Source of the DNA: Malacoraja senta | Lineage: Eukaryota | Assembly (NCBI GenBank): GCA_038087875.1 | Contig: CM075998.1 | Location: 7,194,001-7,241,299 of the forward strand | Length of the DNA: 47,299 nt | Reading direction: 5' to 3' | Shown here: in pieces, positions 31,731-44,139 of the stretch | Layout of the letters: each line of letters begins with the position of its first letter | How positions within the stretch are numbered: position 1 is the stretch's first letter | Position numbers and translations under genes: made by a program | Notes under the pieces: model-generated | What the model was told of the DNA's origin: nothing | Database searches by the model: none | Seen by the model: only the letters and a program-made list of their open reading frames with translations

Positions 31731-34441
31731 ATGGCAGATGGAGTTTAATGCTGATAAGTGTGAGGTGATACATCTTGGCAGGACAAATCAAAATAGGACG
31801 CACATGGTAAATGGTAGTGAATTGAGGAATGCAGTTGAACAGAGGGATCTAGGAAGAACTGTGCATAGTTCCCTGAAGGTGGAATCTCATGTAGATAGAG
31901 TGGTAAATAAAGCTTTTGGTGTGCTGACCTTTATAAATCAGAGCATTGAGTATAGAAGTTGGGATGTAATGTTAAAATTGTACTAGGCATTGGTGAGGCC
32001 AATTCTGGAGTATGGTGTACAATTTTGGTCGCCAAATTATAGGAAAGATGTCAACAAAGTAGAGAGAGTACAGAGGAGATTTACCAGAATGTTGCGTGGG
32101 TTTCAGCAACTAAGTTACAGAGAAAGGTTGAACAAGTTAGATCTTTATTCTTTGGAGCACAGAAGGTTAAGGGGGGACTTGATAGAGGTCTTTACAATTA
32201 TGAGAGGGATAGACAGAGTTGACGTGGATAAGCTTTTTCCATTGAGAGTAGGGAAGATTCAAACTAGAGGACATGATTTGAGAATTAAGGGACAGAATCT
32301 TAGGGGTAACATGAGGGGGAACGTCTTTACTCAGAGAGTGGTAGCTGTGTGGAATGAGCTTCCAGTGGAAGTGGTGGAGGCAGGTTCGATTTTATCATTT
32401 AAAAATAAATTGGATAAGGATATGGACGGGAAAGGAATGGAGGGTTATGGTCTGAGTGCAGGTAGATGGGACTAGGTGAGAGTAAGTGTTCGGCATGGAC
32501 TAGAAGGGCCGAGATGGCCTGTTTCCGTGCTGTAATTGTTATATGGTTATATGTTATATGGTTAAAATCAGTGGTTTCAAGAGAAGAAGGAATCTTTTGA
32601 TGGTTTCATGGAAAACGTAGAAATATGGTTATTTGAAATTGAACGGAAAACCGCGTGCTCTACAGTCGGAGAAGCTATGCAACAAGGTACCCTAATTGAA
32701 GAAGAAGAAACACCACAAGATAGTGTCTCAAACGTCTCTGCACGAAGATCAAGACACAAGTCTGGTTCTGTAGCGAGTTCAATCTCAAGAGACTCTGCTC
32801 AAATGAAAGCCGCAGCTGAATTAGCTGCTCTCTCGCTAAAAGCTGCCGCCTTGGAGAAAAAATATGAGATTGAGGAACAAGAAGAACAGCTGAAAAGAAA
32901 TGAAGCACAGCTGAAAAGAGAGGCTGAGGAACAAAAAAGGCAGAAGGAACAGCTGGTACTGGGCACGAAACGAGCAGTTGTCAAGGAAAAGAAGGAGATA
33001 CTGGAAGGTCAAGGCACAAGATGTGGCTCGAGAATATCTCAGAAGAAAAGTTCCTTAATAGGAAAGGAAGCAGCACCTAGATCGTACCCATGACCAGAGT
33101 CACTCTGGCTTCACGACCCACAGCTAGAAGCCAGTGGGTAGGCGCCTAACAAAACTTCATTTCAGCAACAAGGTGCTAGACCAAAGCCATATCTGTCAGG
33201 GCTTGTGACAAAACTTCAATTCAGCATCCGCTTTGGGGGCCTGATATGCTGCCTCAAGCAAGCCAACATCGGCAGATGCCTGATTATCATTCATTTGTTC
33301 CCAGCCAGGGACCAATAACCAGTCATGGGGCTCGTGACATAGCTTATCCAGATACATACTCCTCGCACACGCCTGTTTATTATCCATCTGTGTCCAACCA
33401 GGGATCTCAAAGTGAATTCTATGAATTGGTGAAGAATCAAACGAAAATCAGCGAGCTCATAGCGTAACAAAATATCCTTTCCACCTTACCTCTGCCCGCA
33501 GGTGAGGGCTATCAAGCAGCTAGAGAGTTGCTCAAAGAATGTTTTGGTAACGAACAGAAGATTGCTAATGTTTACATGAAGAAGGCCTTTGCCTGGTCGG
33601 TTATCAAGGCGGATGATGTGGAGGCATTGCTCGAGTTTGCAATGTTGTTGTAACTCGATGACCAAACTCAACCACATGGATGAATTGAATGTTGTTGGTA
33701 ATATGCAGGCTATTATTCTTAAACTGCCCTTCAGAAGCCATGTTTCCTGATCTGGTGAATTTCAAAGCCAGGGAAGTATGATTTATATCAAGTCTACGCC
33801 ATGGGAATATTCAAGATCCAAAATCAGTAAAGGTTCTACCTTTACTAAAGCAAAAAGAAGACCAGGACCTGAGGGAAGTAGTTTTGCTACCGCTGTAATA
33901 CCTGTAGAAACAAAAGGTGAAAAGAAAGGAGATACATCTACTATTAAGCCACAAGGGGTTTGTTTGTGGTGTGATAAAGTTATTCACACCATAAGGTGGT
34001 GTCTAAAATTCAAGAAGAAGGAATATATAGAAAAGATGGTTTACTTAAAGGAGAAGGGAATCTGTTTTGGATGATTGAAGAACGTACACATGGTTAAAGA
34101 CTGCACGAGTCGTATGACTTGCGATAAGTGTAAACAGGATCATCATGGATTACTTCACTGAACAGAAGAAGACGGAAAAGAAGACGGGGCAAATAGTACA
34201 GGAGGAGACGTTATGCACATAAGTGCACATATAGGGGCCGGGGTAGAAACCTGTATCTTCTCCATCTTACCAGTACAGGTAAAGAATAACAAGATGAATT
34301 CAGTGTTGCAAACATATGCATTTTGGGATCATGGAAGTTCTGCTACCTTTTGTACAGAAAGCTTGATGAGAAGGCTGGACATTACAGGAGAAAAGGTTAA
34401 GATTCTATTGCCAACCATGAATGAAGAGAAAGAGTGCGTTA

Positions 34442-35945
34442 TGGGGAGGGTGCGCTGCTCGGCTGCGCACTGCATTCCAGTCTGCTCCATTTGTGTCTTG
34501 ATTAAAGTTGTTTAAAAACATTTAAAATGTTGTCTAACATGTCCCATCTGTAAGTCTGCCTATGTACATACTGTAGTATGATATGTGTGCCCTCAAACCT
34601 AGGCTTTTGTATCTGTGGATTATTCCGTGGATTATTGGCCTTTGTCTGTCGGTGCAAACTAATACACACCTGAGTGGCGTCAAACCACTTCTACCGTTCA
34701 ATGTTGGATAACATCCCTCAGGAACTGATTAAAATTAAAAGGGAAAGGAAAAGGAAACGAGGAAGAAGAGGGGGTATTCGGAACCGCCTACGACGGAGAT
34801 TCAATCGGCAGCCACTTCCATCCATCATCCTTACAAACCTGCGCTCGTTAAACAACAAAGTGGACACGATACGAACATATACGAGGTACTGTAATGAATT
34901 CCGTGAGGCATCTTTATTGTGCTTCACGGAAAGCTGGTTGCAATCGACAATGCCAGATTCCCTCTTTGAACTACCCAGATTCACCTTAGCTGTCTCTGGA
35001 AAAACTAAGGGAGGCGGCATTTGTGAATACATTAACGATCTTTGGTGCCGTGCGTACTCAGTAGAATATAAGATCTGTGACCCCAATGTAGAAATTCTCG
35101 GCATGTTGTTAAGACCTTTCTATTTGCCTCGAGAATTTGGGTGCATTTTGCTGTTTGTTGTATAGGTGCCTCCCAGCAGCAAAGTGTCATTGGCGGCCGG
35201 GACAATAGCGGACTGCGTTCATGAACTAAAACCGAACTACCCCGACGCACCGGCAATAGTGCTTGGGGATCTGTGTTACCTGGATTCGAACAGTACATAA
35301 AGATAAAACCAGAAAAGATAATATCTTGGACAAATGTTATGTAAATGTTAAAGGGGCCTATGCACCCAAGTGTAAGCCACCCATATTGAATTCTGATCAT
35401 AATGTTGTGCACATGATTCCTGTGTATAAGACCACATTTAAGAGAAGTAAACCAGAAAAGAAAGTGATAAGGACATGGACAAATGAACATAGGGAACAAC
35501 TGAAAGCCTGTTTTGAATTGACGGACTGGGAAACCTTTCAGGAGGGTTCACTAGATGAAATAACCATAGTTACAAATGAACATTTCCTCTGACACCAACC
35601 ACGTTCTGAATAGTGAGTACAATTTGTTACCATCAAACCGGAGATATAGGGTTCCAAAATTTAATAAGGTTAGAATGAGGGGCTCTTTTGTGCACCAGTC
35701 AATCCTTGAACTAAACACAGTGCTTAATCCCAGATCAAACCTACACTGACGGGTCATAAATGTGGTCTTCTGTTATTGTAATGTCTTGTCGAATGTGGGT
35801 ATTTTGGGATCCTGTCTTGATATCTTGATGCGTGTCTTCTTTCGCCCCTCTTGTCTTTTTTGTGATGCTGTAAATGGAGCTTCTGTGATGCAAAACAAAT
35901 TTCAGACTTGCTCTGACAATAAAGTATTATCGTATCGTATCGTAT
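34442..35945 (+). mobile_element. Rex1/Babar-like LINE derivative with both ends but no RT; TSD CGTTA
   Basis: RRGGIR.RLRRR..R.PLPSIIL.N.RSL.NK, LCFTESWL, GGG.C.YIN..WC, SDHN. It jumps at about 35590 to C-terminal LLPS.RRYR. AATAAA plus (TATCG)n tail. CGTTA at 34437-34441 and 35946-35950; removal restores the BEL frame ..EEKECVSHHIAGIEIS.. Confidence 0.85.
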
Positions 35946-38900
35946 CGTTAGTCATCACATTGCAGGTATAGAAATATCTAGCCTGGATGAAGACAATTTT
36001 ATACCAATATCTGAGGTGTTTACACATGAGACCATGCCTGTTTGTCATCAAAATATGCCCAGGCATGAGGACTTGAGACAATGGCCTTACTTGAACGATA
36101 TCAAGATACCTAAAATAAATTCTGGTATCGACCTACTTATTGGAACGAATGCTTCTAAGGCATTAGAAGCTGAAGAGGTTATCAAAAGAGCTAAGGGGAT
36201 GGACCGTTTGCTGTGAAAACTTTGCTAGGATGGGTGATCTACGGCTTCTTGAGAAGGAACAACCAAAGCAGGAACCAGAAAAACCACCCTGCTGCTGCTG
36301 TCAATCAAATATCTACTGTTGAGGAGTTGTTGATCAAGCAATACAATCATGACTTCAGTCGAAGTACTGGTAAGGAATCGGGAGTAATGTCCAGAGAAGA
36401 ATCCAAGTTTTGGGATATTATGAACCACTCAGCAAAGATCATAGGACACTATTGTCCAGACTTACCTTTCAAGCAAGAAAGCGTTGGTCTGCCAAATAAT
36501 CGTCGCATGCCAGAGCAACACATCCAGAATCTTAAACGCAAGTTTGGCAAGAATAGGAAATTTAATGCGGAACATACATCTTTCCTGAAGGACATGATTG
36601 ACAATAATTGTGTGGAAATGGTACCAACAGACCAGCTAAATCGAAGTGTCGCAGAGCTTTGGTACATTCCGCACCATGGGGTGTATCGTTCGAAGAAAGG
36701 GACCCTGAGGGTGGTCTTTGACTGTGCTGCAGTCTTCAAAGGAACATCACTTAACTGTCAACGACTACAGCGTCCGGACCTTACTAACTCACTCATTGGA
36801 GTTCTTATTAAATTCAGACAAGAACCGTTTGATTTGATGGCGGATATTAAGTGATGTTTCATCGTCAAAGTATCAAAAAAGCATATTGACTATTTGTGAT
36901 TCCTATGGTAGCCTGATGGTAATGTCGTTGAATATCTTGTTGAATACCGGATGAAGGTACATCTCTTTGGAGTGGTGTCATCACCAAGTTGTGCAAATTT
37001 TGCATTAAGAAAGACCGTCGAGGACAATAAAGCTCACTTTCTAGAAGAAGTGGCAAACACAGTAAAGAATAACTTCTATGTAGATGATTGTTTAAAATCC
37101 ATGTCTACGGAGCAGGAAGCACTTCAAATGGTAAAACATCTGACCTCTCTGCAATAAGGGAGGATTCATGCTATCCAAGTGGATCAGCAACAGCCTTGCT
37201 CTATTGGAAATCATTCCACCGGATAACAGAGCTAAAGAGACCAGAGAATTGGATTTGGACAAAGACAATTTGCCAATGGAAAAAAGCACTGGGACTGCAC
37301 TGGTGTGTTGAAACAGATGTGTTCAAGTTCAGAATCTCGATTCAGGAGCGACCACGTGCAAGACGGGGCATCCTTTCTGTGATTGGTTCTGTTTACGACC
37401 CTTTGGGATTTCTTGCACCATTTACACTGCCAGCCAGGTTAATTTTGCAGGGTCTCTGTAAGAAAATACTTGGATGGGATGAGAATGTAACGCAAACCTC
37501 TTCTCAGCGATGGACAGAATGGTTAGCGGGTCTTGACAAGATCTCAGAGTTCAAAGTGAATCGGTGTATGAAGCTGACAAACTTTGGTCAAATCAAATGT
37601 GAACAGCTACATCACTGTTCAGATGCTAGTGAAAGTGGTTATGGTACTGTTTCATATCCAAGACTGGAAAATGATAACAATGAAGTACATGTTGCATTCT
37701 TAACGGAAAAGGCCAGAGTGGCACCATTAAAGCAAATGACAATTCCCAGAATGGAACTTACTGCCGCAGTCTTGGTGGTTAAAGTTGACATAATGCTGCA
37801 AAAAGAACTACAGCTTCAACTGGAGAAATCTATCTTCTGGGGTGATAGTACTATGGTGCTTAAATACTTTAATAATGAGAACAAACTTTTCTTGACATTT
37901 GCAGTGAACAGAATCTCTTTCGTAAGGGATGCTACTAATGTGTCGCAGTGGAAATATATTAACACAAAAGAAAATCCTGTGGATGAAGCTTCTGGAGGAC
38001 TAACAGTAGAACGCTTCTTAAGCAATGAGATGGATCAATGGACTAGAGTTTCATGGTAAGCTGGACAGAGAATGGCCTAAGTATGAACTGGGATTGGAAA
38101 TCTCTGCTAATGATCCGGAAATTAAGCAAAAAGTCACCGTGAATGTTATTGCTAACGATTTATCGAACAAAACGAATGATTTAATTACCCACTTTTCATC
38201 ATGGAATAAGTTGATGACTGTGGTGGCTTGGTTTCTTAAAGACAAAACAAGGTTATTGCTGTTTGCTCGAATAAGGATAGAGATTGCTAAAAGTATTTCT
38301 GAAGATGATCCTGAAATACTGAAGGAAATGGTTGAAAAGAAGATGCAAGCCTCTAAGGCATCGTACAACGTACAGGGTTTACATCTTGAGGATCTTCTCA
38401 GAGCAGAAAACGTGATTATTTCTCTCTGTCAAAGACAAAAATACAAAGAGGAAATATCGACGTTGGAAGCTGGAGTACATGGTGTCAAAAGAGACAGTCA
38501 AATGTACAAGCTTGATCCAGTATTGGAAGAAGGACTTCTGAGAGTAGGTGGTCGCCTGATAGAATAGCAATGCCTGAAGAGGCTAAGCATCCTATTATTC
38601 TCTCGAAGGACTTTCATATTTCAACATTACGTTACGACGTATTCATGAACGAATCGGACATGGAGGAAAAAATCGCAACTTCATAAGAAATATTGGATTA
38701 GTAATGCTAACTCCGCCGCTAGAAAGATAATTTAAAAACCGTGTTGTGTGTAGGCGACAGCGTGGAAGAGTTGGAGAACAGAAGATGGTGGACTTACCTC
38801 TGGAGAGGATTCAACCTGATAAACCTCCATTTACAGATGTGGGGGTAGATTATTTCGTCCCAATTGAGGTTAAGAGAGGACGAAGCCTTGTAAAAAGTTA

Positions 38901-39232
38901 TGGTGTCATCTTCACTTGCATGGTGAGCATCTTGAACTTGCATCTACACTTGATACAGACTCTTGTATTCATGCATAACGTAGATTTATTTGTCGAAGAC
39001 GTCAAGTTTTATCATTAAGATCGAATAATGGTACGAATTTTGTTGGAGCGGAAAGAGAATTAAAAGAAGCACAAGGGCTTAATTCAGAATAAGATCCAGA
39101 ATGCGATGCTTCAACAAGGGATAAGATGGAATTTGAATCCTCCAGCGGGATGTCATCACGGCGGTGTCTGGGAACGGTTGATCCGCATGGTTAGAAACGT
39201 GCTACGCTCTGTTCTTAAACAACAAGTTCTGG

Positions 39233-40775
39233 ACATTATACTGCATCTGCCATGCATCTGCCCACTCACTCAACCGGTCCAAGTCACCCTGCAACCTCCT
39301 AGCATCCTCTTCGCAGTTCACACTGCCACCCAGCTTTGTGTGATCTGCAAATTTGCTAGTGTTACTTTTAATCCCATCATCTAAATCATTAATATATATT
39401 GTAAATAGTTGTGGCCCCAGCACCAAGCCTTGCGACACTCCACTTGCCACTGCCTTCCATTCTGACAGGGAACCGTTTATTCCTATACTTTGTTTCCTGT
39501 CTGCCAACTAAACCCTACCCCCAATACCATGTGCTCTAATTTTGCCCACTAATAATCTCCAGTGTGGGATCTTATCAAAGGCTTTCTGAAAGTCTAGATA
39601 TACTACATCCACTGGCTCTCCTTCATCAATTTTACTTATCACGTCCTCAAAAAATTCCAGAAGATTAGTCAAGCAGGATTTCCCCTTCATAAATCCATAT
39701 GGATTTGGACCAGTCCTTTTACTGCTATCCAAATGCGCCGTTATTACTTCTTTAATAATTGACTCCAGCATCTTCCCCACCACCGATGTCAGGCTAACTG
39801 GTCTATAAATCCTCGTTTTCACTCTCGCTCCTTTCTTGAAAAGTAGGATAACATTAGCTATCCTCCAATCCACAGGAACTGATCCTGAATCTATAGAACA
39901 ATGGAAAATGATTACCAATGCATCCACGATTTCCAGAGCCACCTCCTTGAGTACCCTGGGATGCAGACCATCAGGCCCTGGGGATTTATCAGCCTTCAGT
40001 CTCATCAGCCTGCCCAATACTATTTCTCACCTAATGCAAATTTCTTTCAGTTCCTCTACCCCCTTAGATCCTCTGTCCTCTGGAACATCTGGGAGATTGT
40101 TTGTGTCTTCCTTAGTGAAGACAGAACCAAAGTACCTGTTCAACTGTTCTGCCATTTCCTTGTTCCCCATAATACTTTCACCCGTTTCTCCCTTCAAGAG
40201 ACCCACATATGTCTTTACTAATCTTTTTCTCTTAACGTACCTAAGGAAGCTTTTACTATCCTTCTTTATATTCTTGGCCAGCTTACCCTCGTACTACATC
40301 CCCATATTGCCCTTATTGTTACCTTCTGTTGTCCTTTGAAAGTTTCCCAATCCCGCTACTTCCCGCTACTCTTTGCTTTGTTATACACCTTTTCTTTTGG
40401 TTTTATTCCATCCCTAACTTCCCTTGTCAGCCACGGTTGCCTCTTACTCCCCTTAGAATCTTTCTTCCTCTTGGGAATGAAAGATTCTGCATCTTCTGAA
40501 TTTTGTCCAGAAATCTCTGCCATTGCTGTTCCACCGTCATTCCTGCTAGGATCCTTTTCCAGTCGACCTTGGCCAGCTCCTCTCTCATGCCTTCATGGTC
40601 CCCTTTGTTCAACTGCAAAACTGACACTTCTGATTTAACCTTCTCCATCTCAAATTGCAGATTAAAACATATCATATTATGGTCATTACATCCCAGCGGT
40701 TCCTTTACCTTAAGTTCCCTTATTAAATCTGGTTCATTAGACAACACTAAATCCAGAATAGCCTTTTCTCTGGTA
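39233..40775 (-). mobile_element. CR1 ORF2 internal fragment (end of endonuclease to RT), truncated at both ends
   Basis: REKAILDLVL..G.NDHN, KSPGPDG, YRPVSLTS, DFQKAFD, KFADH, ending at WQMQYNV. Confidence 0.9.
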
Positions 40776-41240
40776 GAAATGTAGAGATGTAGAGATGTAG
40801 AGATGTAGAGATGTAGAGATGTAGAGATGTGTAGAGATGTAGAGATGTAGAGATGTAGAGATGTAGAGATGTAGAGATGTGTAGATGTAGAGATGTAGAG
40901 ATGTAGAGATGTAGAGATGTAGAGATGTAGAGATGTAGAGATGTGTAGAGATGTGGAAATGTAGAGATGTAGAGATGTGTGGAGATGTAGAGATGTGTAG
41001 AGATGTGCAGATGTAAAGATGTAGAGATGTAGAGATGTGTAGAGATGTGTAGATGTAGAGATGTAGAGATGTGTAGAGATGTAGAGATGTGTATAGATGT
41101 GGAAATGTAGAGATGTAGAGATGTAGAGATGAGGAGATGTAGAGATGTGTATAGATGTGGAAATGTAGAGATGTAGAGATGTAGAGATATCGAGATGTAA
41201 AGAGTTCGAGATGTCGAGATGTAGAGTCATAGAGTCATCA
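40773..41240. repeat. (GTAGAGAT)n octamer tandem array
   Basis: About 55-60 units with GT insertion variants, grading into ATAGAGTC at the right end. Confidence 0.97.
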
Positions 41241-41247
41241 AGCCATG

Positions 41248-42440
41248 TCATAATGTCATAAGTGATAGGAGCAGAATTAGGCTATTCAGCCCAACAAGTC
41301 TACTCCACCAAGGACAGTTTAAAACTAAAAGAAAAAGCGTATTACATGGCAAGGATTAGTAGAAAACCAGAGGATTGGGAAGCAGTTAAAGACCACGGTA
41401 TCAAAGGGCAGATACTAGCATGGATAGCAGGTTGGCTGGATGGCAGAAGACAAAGCGCAGCAATAAAGGGGGCTTTTTCTGGTTGGCTGCCAGTGACTAG
41501 CGGAGTTCCACAGGGGTCGGTGCTGGGTCCACTACTCTTCACGTTCTATATTAATGATTTAGATGAGGCGATTGAAGGCTCTGTGGTCAGGTCTGCGGAT
41601 GATATTAAAATAGATGGAGGGGCAAGTGGTGTAGTGAAAGCAGGGACTCTGCAGAAGGACTTGGACAGGTTGTGAAAGTTTGCAGAGAAGTGGCAGATGG
41701 AACATAGTGTAGCAAAGTGAGGAGTCATGCAATTTGGTAGTGGGAACAAAGCGTAGATTATTTTCTAAATGGGGAGAGAATCCAGAAATCGGAGGTGCAA
41801 AGAGATTTTGGAGTGATGTTGCAGGATTCCCAAAAAGTTAACCTGCAATTCGAATCGGTAGTGAAGAAAGCAAACTCAATGCTAGCATTTATTTCAAGAG
41901 GCTTGTATACAAAAACAGGGATGTGATCCCTGAGGCTCTATGAGGCGCTGGCATTTGGAATGTTGGGAGCAATTTTGGGCACCATATCTGAGGAAGGATG
42001 TGTTGGCTCTGGAGCGGGTCTAGAGGAGGTTTACAAGAATTATCCCAGGACTGAGTAGGTGAACCTACGTTTGTCGGCACTGGGCCTGTACTCGCTGGAG
42101 AATGAGGGGGCACCTCATCTAGAAGAAAGAGGGTGGGGGGGACCTCATTGAAACTTACAGAATAGTGAAAAGCTTGGATAAAGTGGATGCGGTGACGATG
42201 TTTCCACTCGTGGGAGAGTCTTGGACTAGAGGTCACAGCCTCAGAACTAAAGGACTTTCTTTTAGGAAGGAGATGAGGAGAAATTTCTTCAGTCAGAGGG
42301 TGGTGAATTTGTGGAATTCTTTGCCACAGACGGCTATGGAGGCCATCAGTGGATATTTTTAAGGAAGAGATAGATAGATTCTTGATTAGTACAGGTGTCA
42401 GAGGTTATGGGGAGAAGGCAGGAGAATGGGGTTGGAATGG
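41248..42440 (+). mobile_element. Decayed CR1 with an internal deletion, preceded by a short inverted CR1 3' end (41248-41310)
   Basis: KEKAY..ARIS.KPEDWE is fused directly to HGIKGQILAWI..GVPQGSVLGP; FFSQRVVNLWNSLP follows. Confidence 0.8.
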
Positions 42441-42509
42441 GGGCTAGTAAGACATGACCTACGCATACAAAGCCATGGTCAAAGTGCCAAATTAACCAAT
42501 TCTCTTCCA

Positions 42510-43012
42510 TGTGTGAGAGAGAGGTTTGTGAGAGAGAGTATGAAAGAGAAAGTGTGTGTAAGGGAGAGAGGTGTGTGTGTGAGAAAGAGGTGTCTGTGAA
42601 AGAAAGTGTGTGTGAGTGTGTCTGTTTGTGTGAGAGAGAGGTGTGTATGAGAGAAAGTGTGTGAGAGAGAGGTGTGCAAAAGGGAGGTGTGTGTGTGAGA
42701 ATATGTGAGAGGTGTTTGTGAGAGAGGGTCTGTGTGTGTGAATGTGTGTGAGAGAGAGTGTGTGTGTAATAGAGAGGTGTGTGTGTGTGTGTGTGAGAGA
42801 GGTGTGTGTGTGTGTCAGTGTGTGTGTGTGAGAGAGAGTGTGTGTGTAATAGAGAGGGGTGTGTGTGAGAGAATGTGCGTGTGTGAGAGAGGTGTGTGTG
42901 TGTGTGTGTCAGTGTGTGTGTGTGAGAGCAAGAGAGAGAGGATGTGGAGGGGGCTTCACTCTGTATGTGTGGGTGTATGTGTATGTGTGTGTGCATGTGT
43001 GAGTGTGTGTAT

Positions 43013-43066
<54 letters not shown>

Positions 43067-43133
43067 GTGTGTGTGTGTGTGCGTATGTGTGCGTGTTTGT
43101 GTGTGTGTGTGTATGTGTGTGTGTGTGTGTGGG

Positions 43134-43186
<53 letters not shown>

Positions 43187-43213
43187 TCTGTGTGTGTGTG
43201 CATGTGTGTGTGT

Positions 43214-43291
<78 letters not shown>

Positions 43292-43636
43292 GTGTGTGTG
43301 TGAGTCTGTGTGTGTGTGCATGTGTGTGTGTGTATGTGTGTGTGTGTATGTGTGTGTGCGTGTGTGAGTGTGTGCGTATGTGTGTGTGTATGTGTGCGTG
43401 TGCGTGCATGTGTGTGAGTGTGTGAGTGTGTGTGCGTGCATGTGTGTGTGCGTGACTGTGAGTGTGTGCGTATGTGTGTGTGTATGTGTGCGTGTGCGTG
43501 CATGTGTGTGAGTGTGTGCGTGTGTGTGCGTGCATGTGTGTGTGCGTGACTGTGTGTGTGTGCGTGACTGTGTGTGTGTGCGTGACTGTGTGTGTGTGTG
43601 TGTGTGCATGTGTGTGTGTGTGTGCGTGTGTGTGTG

Positions 43637-43687
<51 letters not shown>

Positions 43688-43690
43688 ATG
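42510..43690. repeat. Compound (GA/GT) to (GT)n microsatellite, about 1.2 kb
   Basis: Directly visible in the sequence. Confidence 0.98.
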
Positions 43691-44139
43691 AGGGACGGCG
43701 CAGAGGGAGTTTCACTCTCTTCGAGAGGGCCTGAGTTAATCAGTCAAATATCTATAACAAAATTAATTTATATAATTTTAAATGTTCACATGTGTAAAAA
43801 CAGAGAGGAGATTACTTGGTTTGTACGTTTAGCAATATCACATTCTTGGCATTGGCTGAAGAACATCAGTTCAAAGTAAAACTCTTGCAAAACCAATAAA
43901 GTTTGCAATGTTGATAGATCTCGCTGTTCCTCCTGTTTAGTTTAATTTATCTAAATTCTAATCTTCGGCTAAAAAAAAATCCTCCTCGTCTCCTTTCCAA
44001 AGGTACGTCCTTTTATTCTGAGGGTGTGCCCTCTGGTGCTAGACCTTCACACGAGTGGAAACATCCTCACCACAGCCCACCCCTCCGGCCCCCACACGCC
44101 TCTCTCTCCCTGTCTCTGTACCCTCTCTGGTACAGTTTG

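Larger units (their letters stand above)
24137..32562 (+). mobile_element. CR1 LINE copy B (5'-truncated), inserted in BEL gag with TSD TAAAAT and split by L1
   Basis: TAAAAT at 24131-24136 and 32563-32568. ORF2 24333-25379 resumes at 31747. Stops at 24297-24299 and 31984-31986. Tail (GTTATATG)n. Confidence 0.95.
23912..39232 (+). mobile_element. Decayed BEL/Pao LTR retrotransposon gag-pol in three pieces (23912-24136, 32569-34441, 35951-39232); no LTRs seen
   Basis: Coiled-coil gag with PQDSVSNV; three Cys-His knuckles (CLWC..H....C, CFG*..H..KDC, CDKC...HHGLLH); protease YAFWDHGSSATF; RT LRVVFDC, MADI, HLFG..SSP, FYVDD; RNase H HHCSDASE.GYG; integrase GVDYF, NGTNF, GGVWERLI. Many stops and frameshifts. 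Confidence 0.92.

Noticed and set aside
19739..39236. TGGACAT at both ends of the 19.5-kb block as a possible TSD
   Set aside because: The flanks would overlap by about 20 codons and look like different CR1 lineages, so it is probably coincidence.
40773..41240. CRISPR-like array
   Set aside because: No unique spacers, and the context is eukaryotic; it is a simple tandem repeat.
40427..41251. 274-aa ORF with HLYISTSL repeats
   Set aside because: Translation of the octamer satellite fused to a CR1 fragment.
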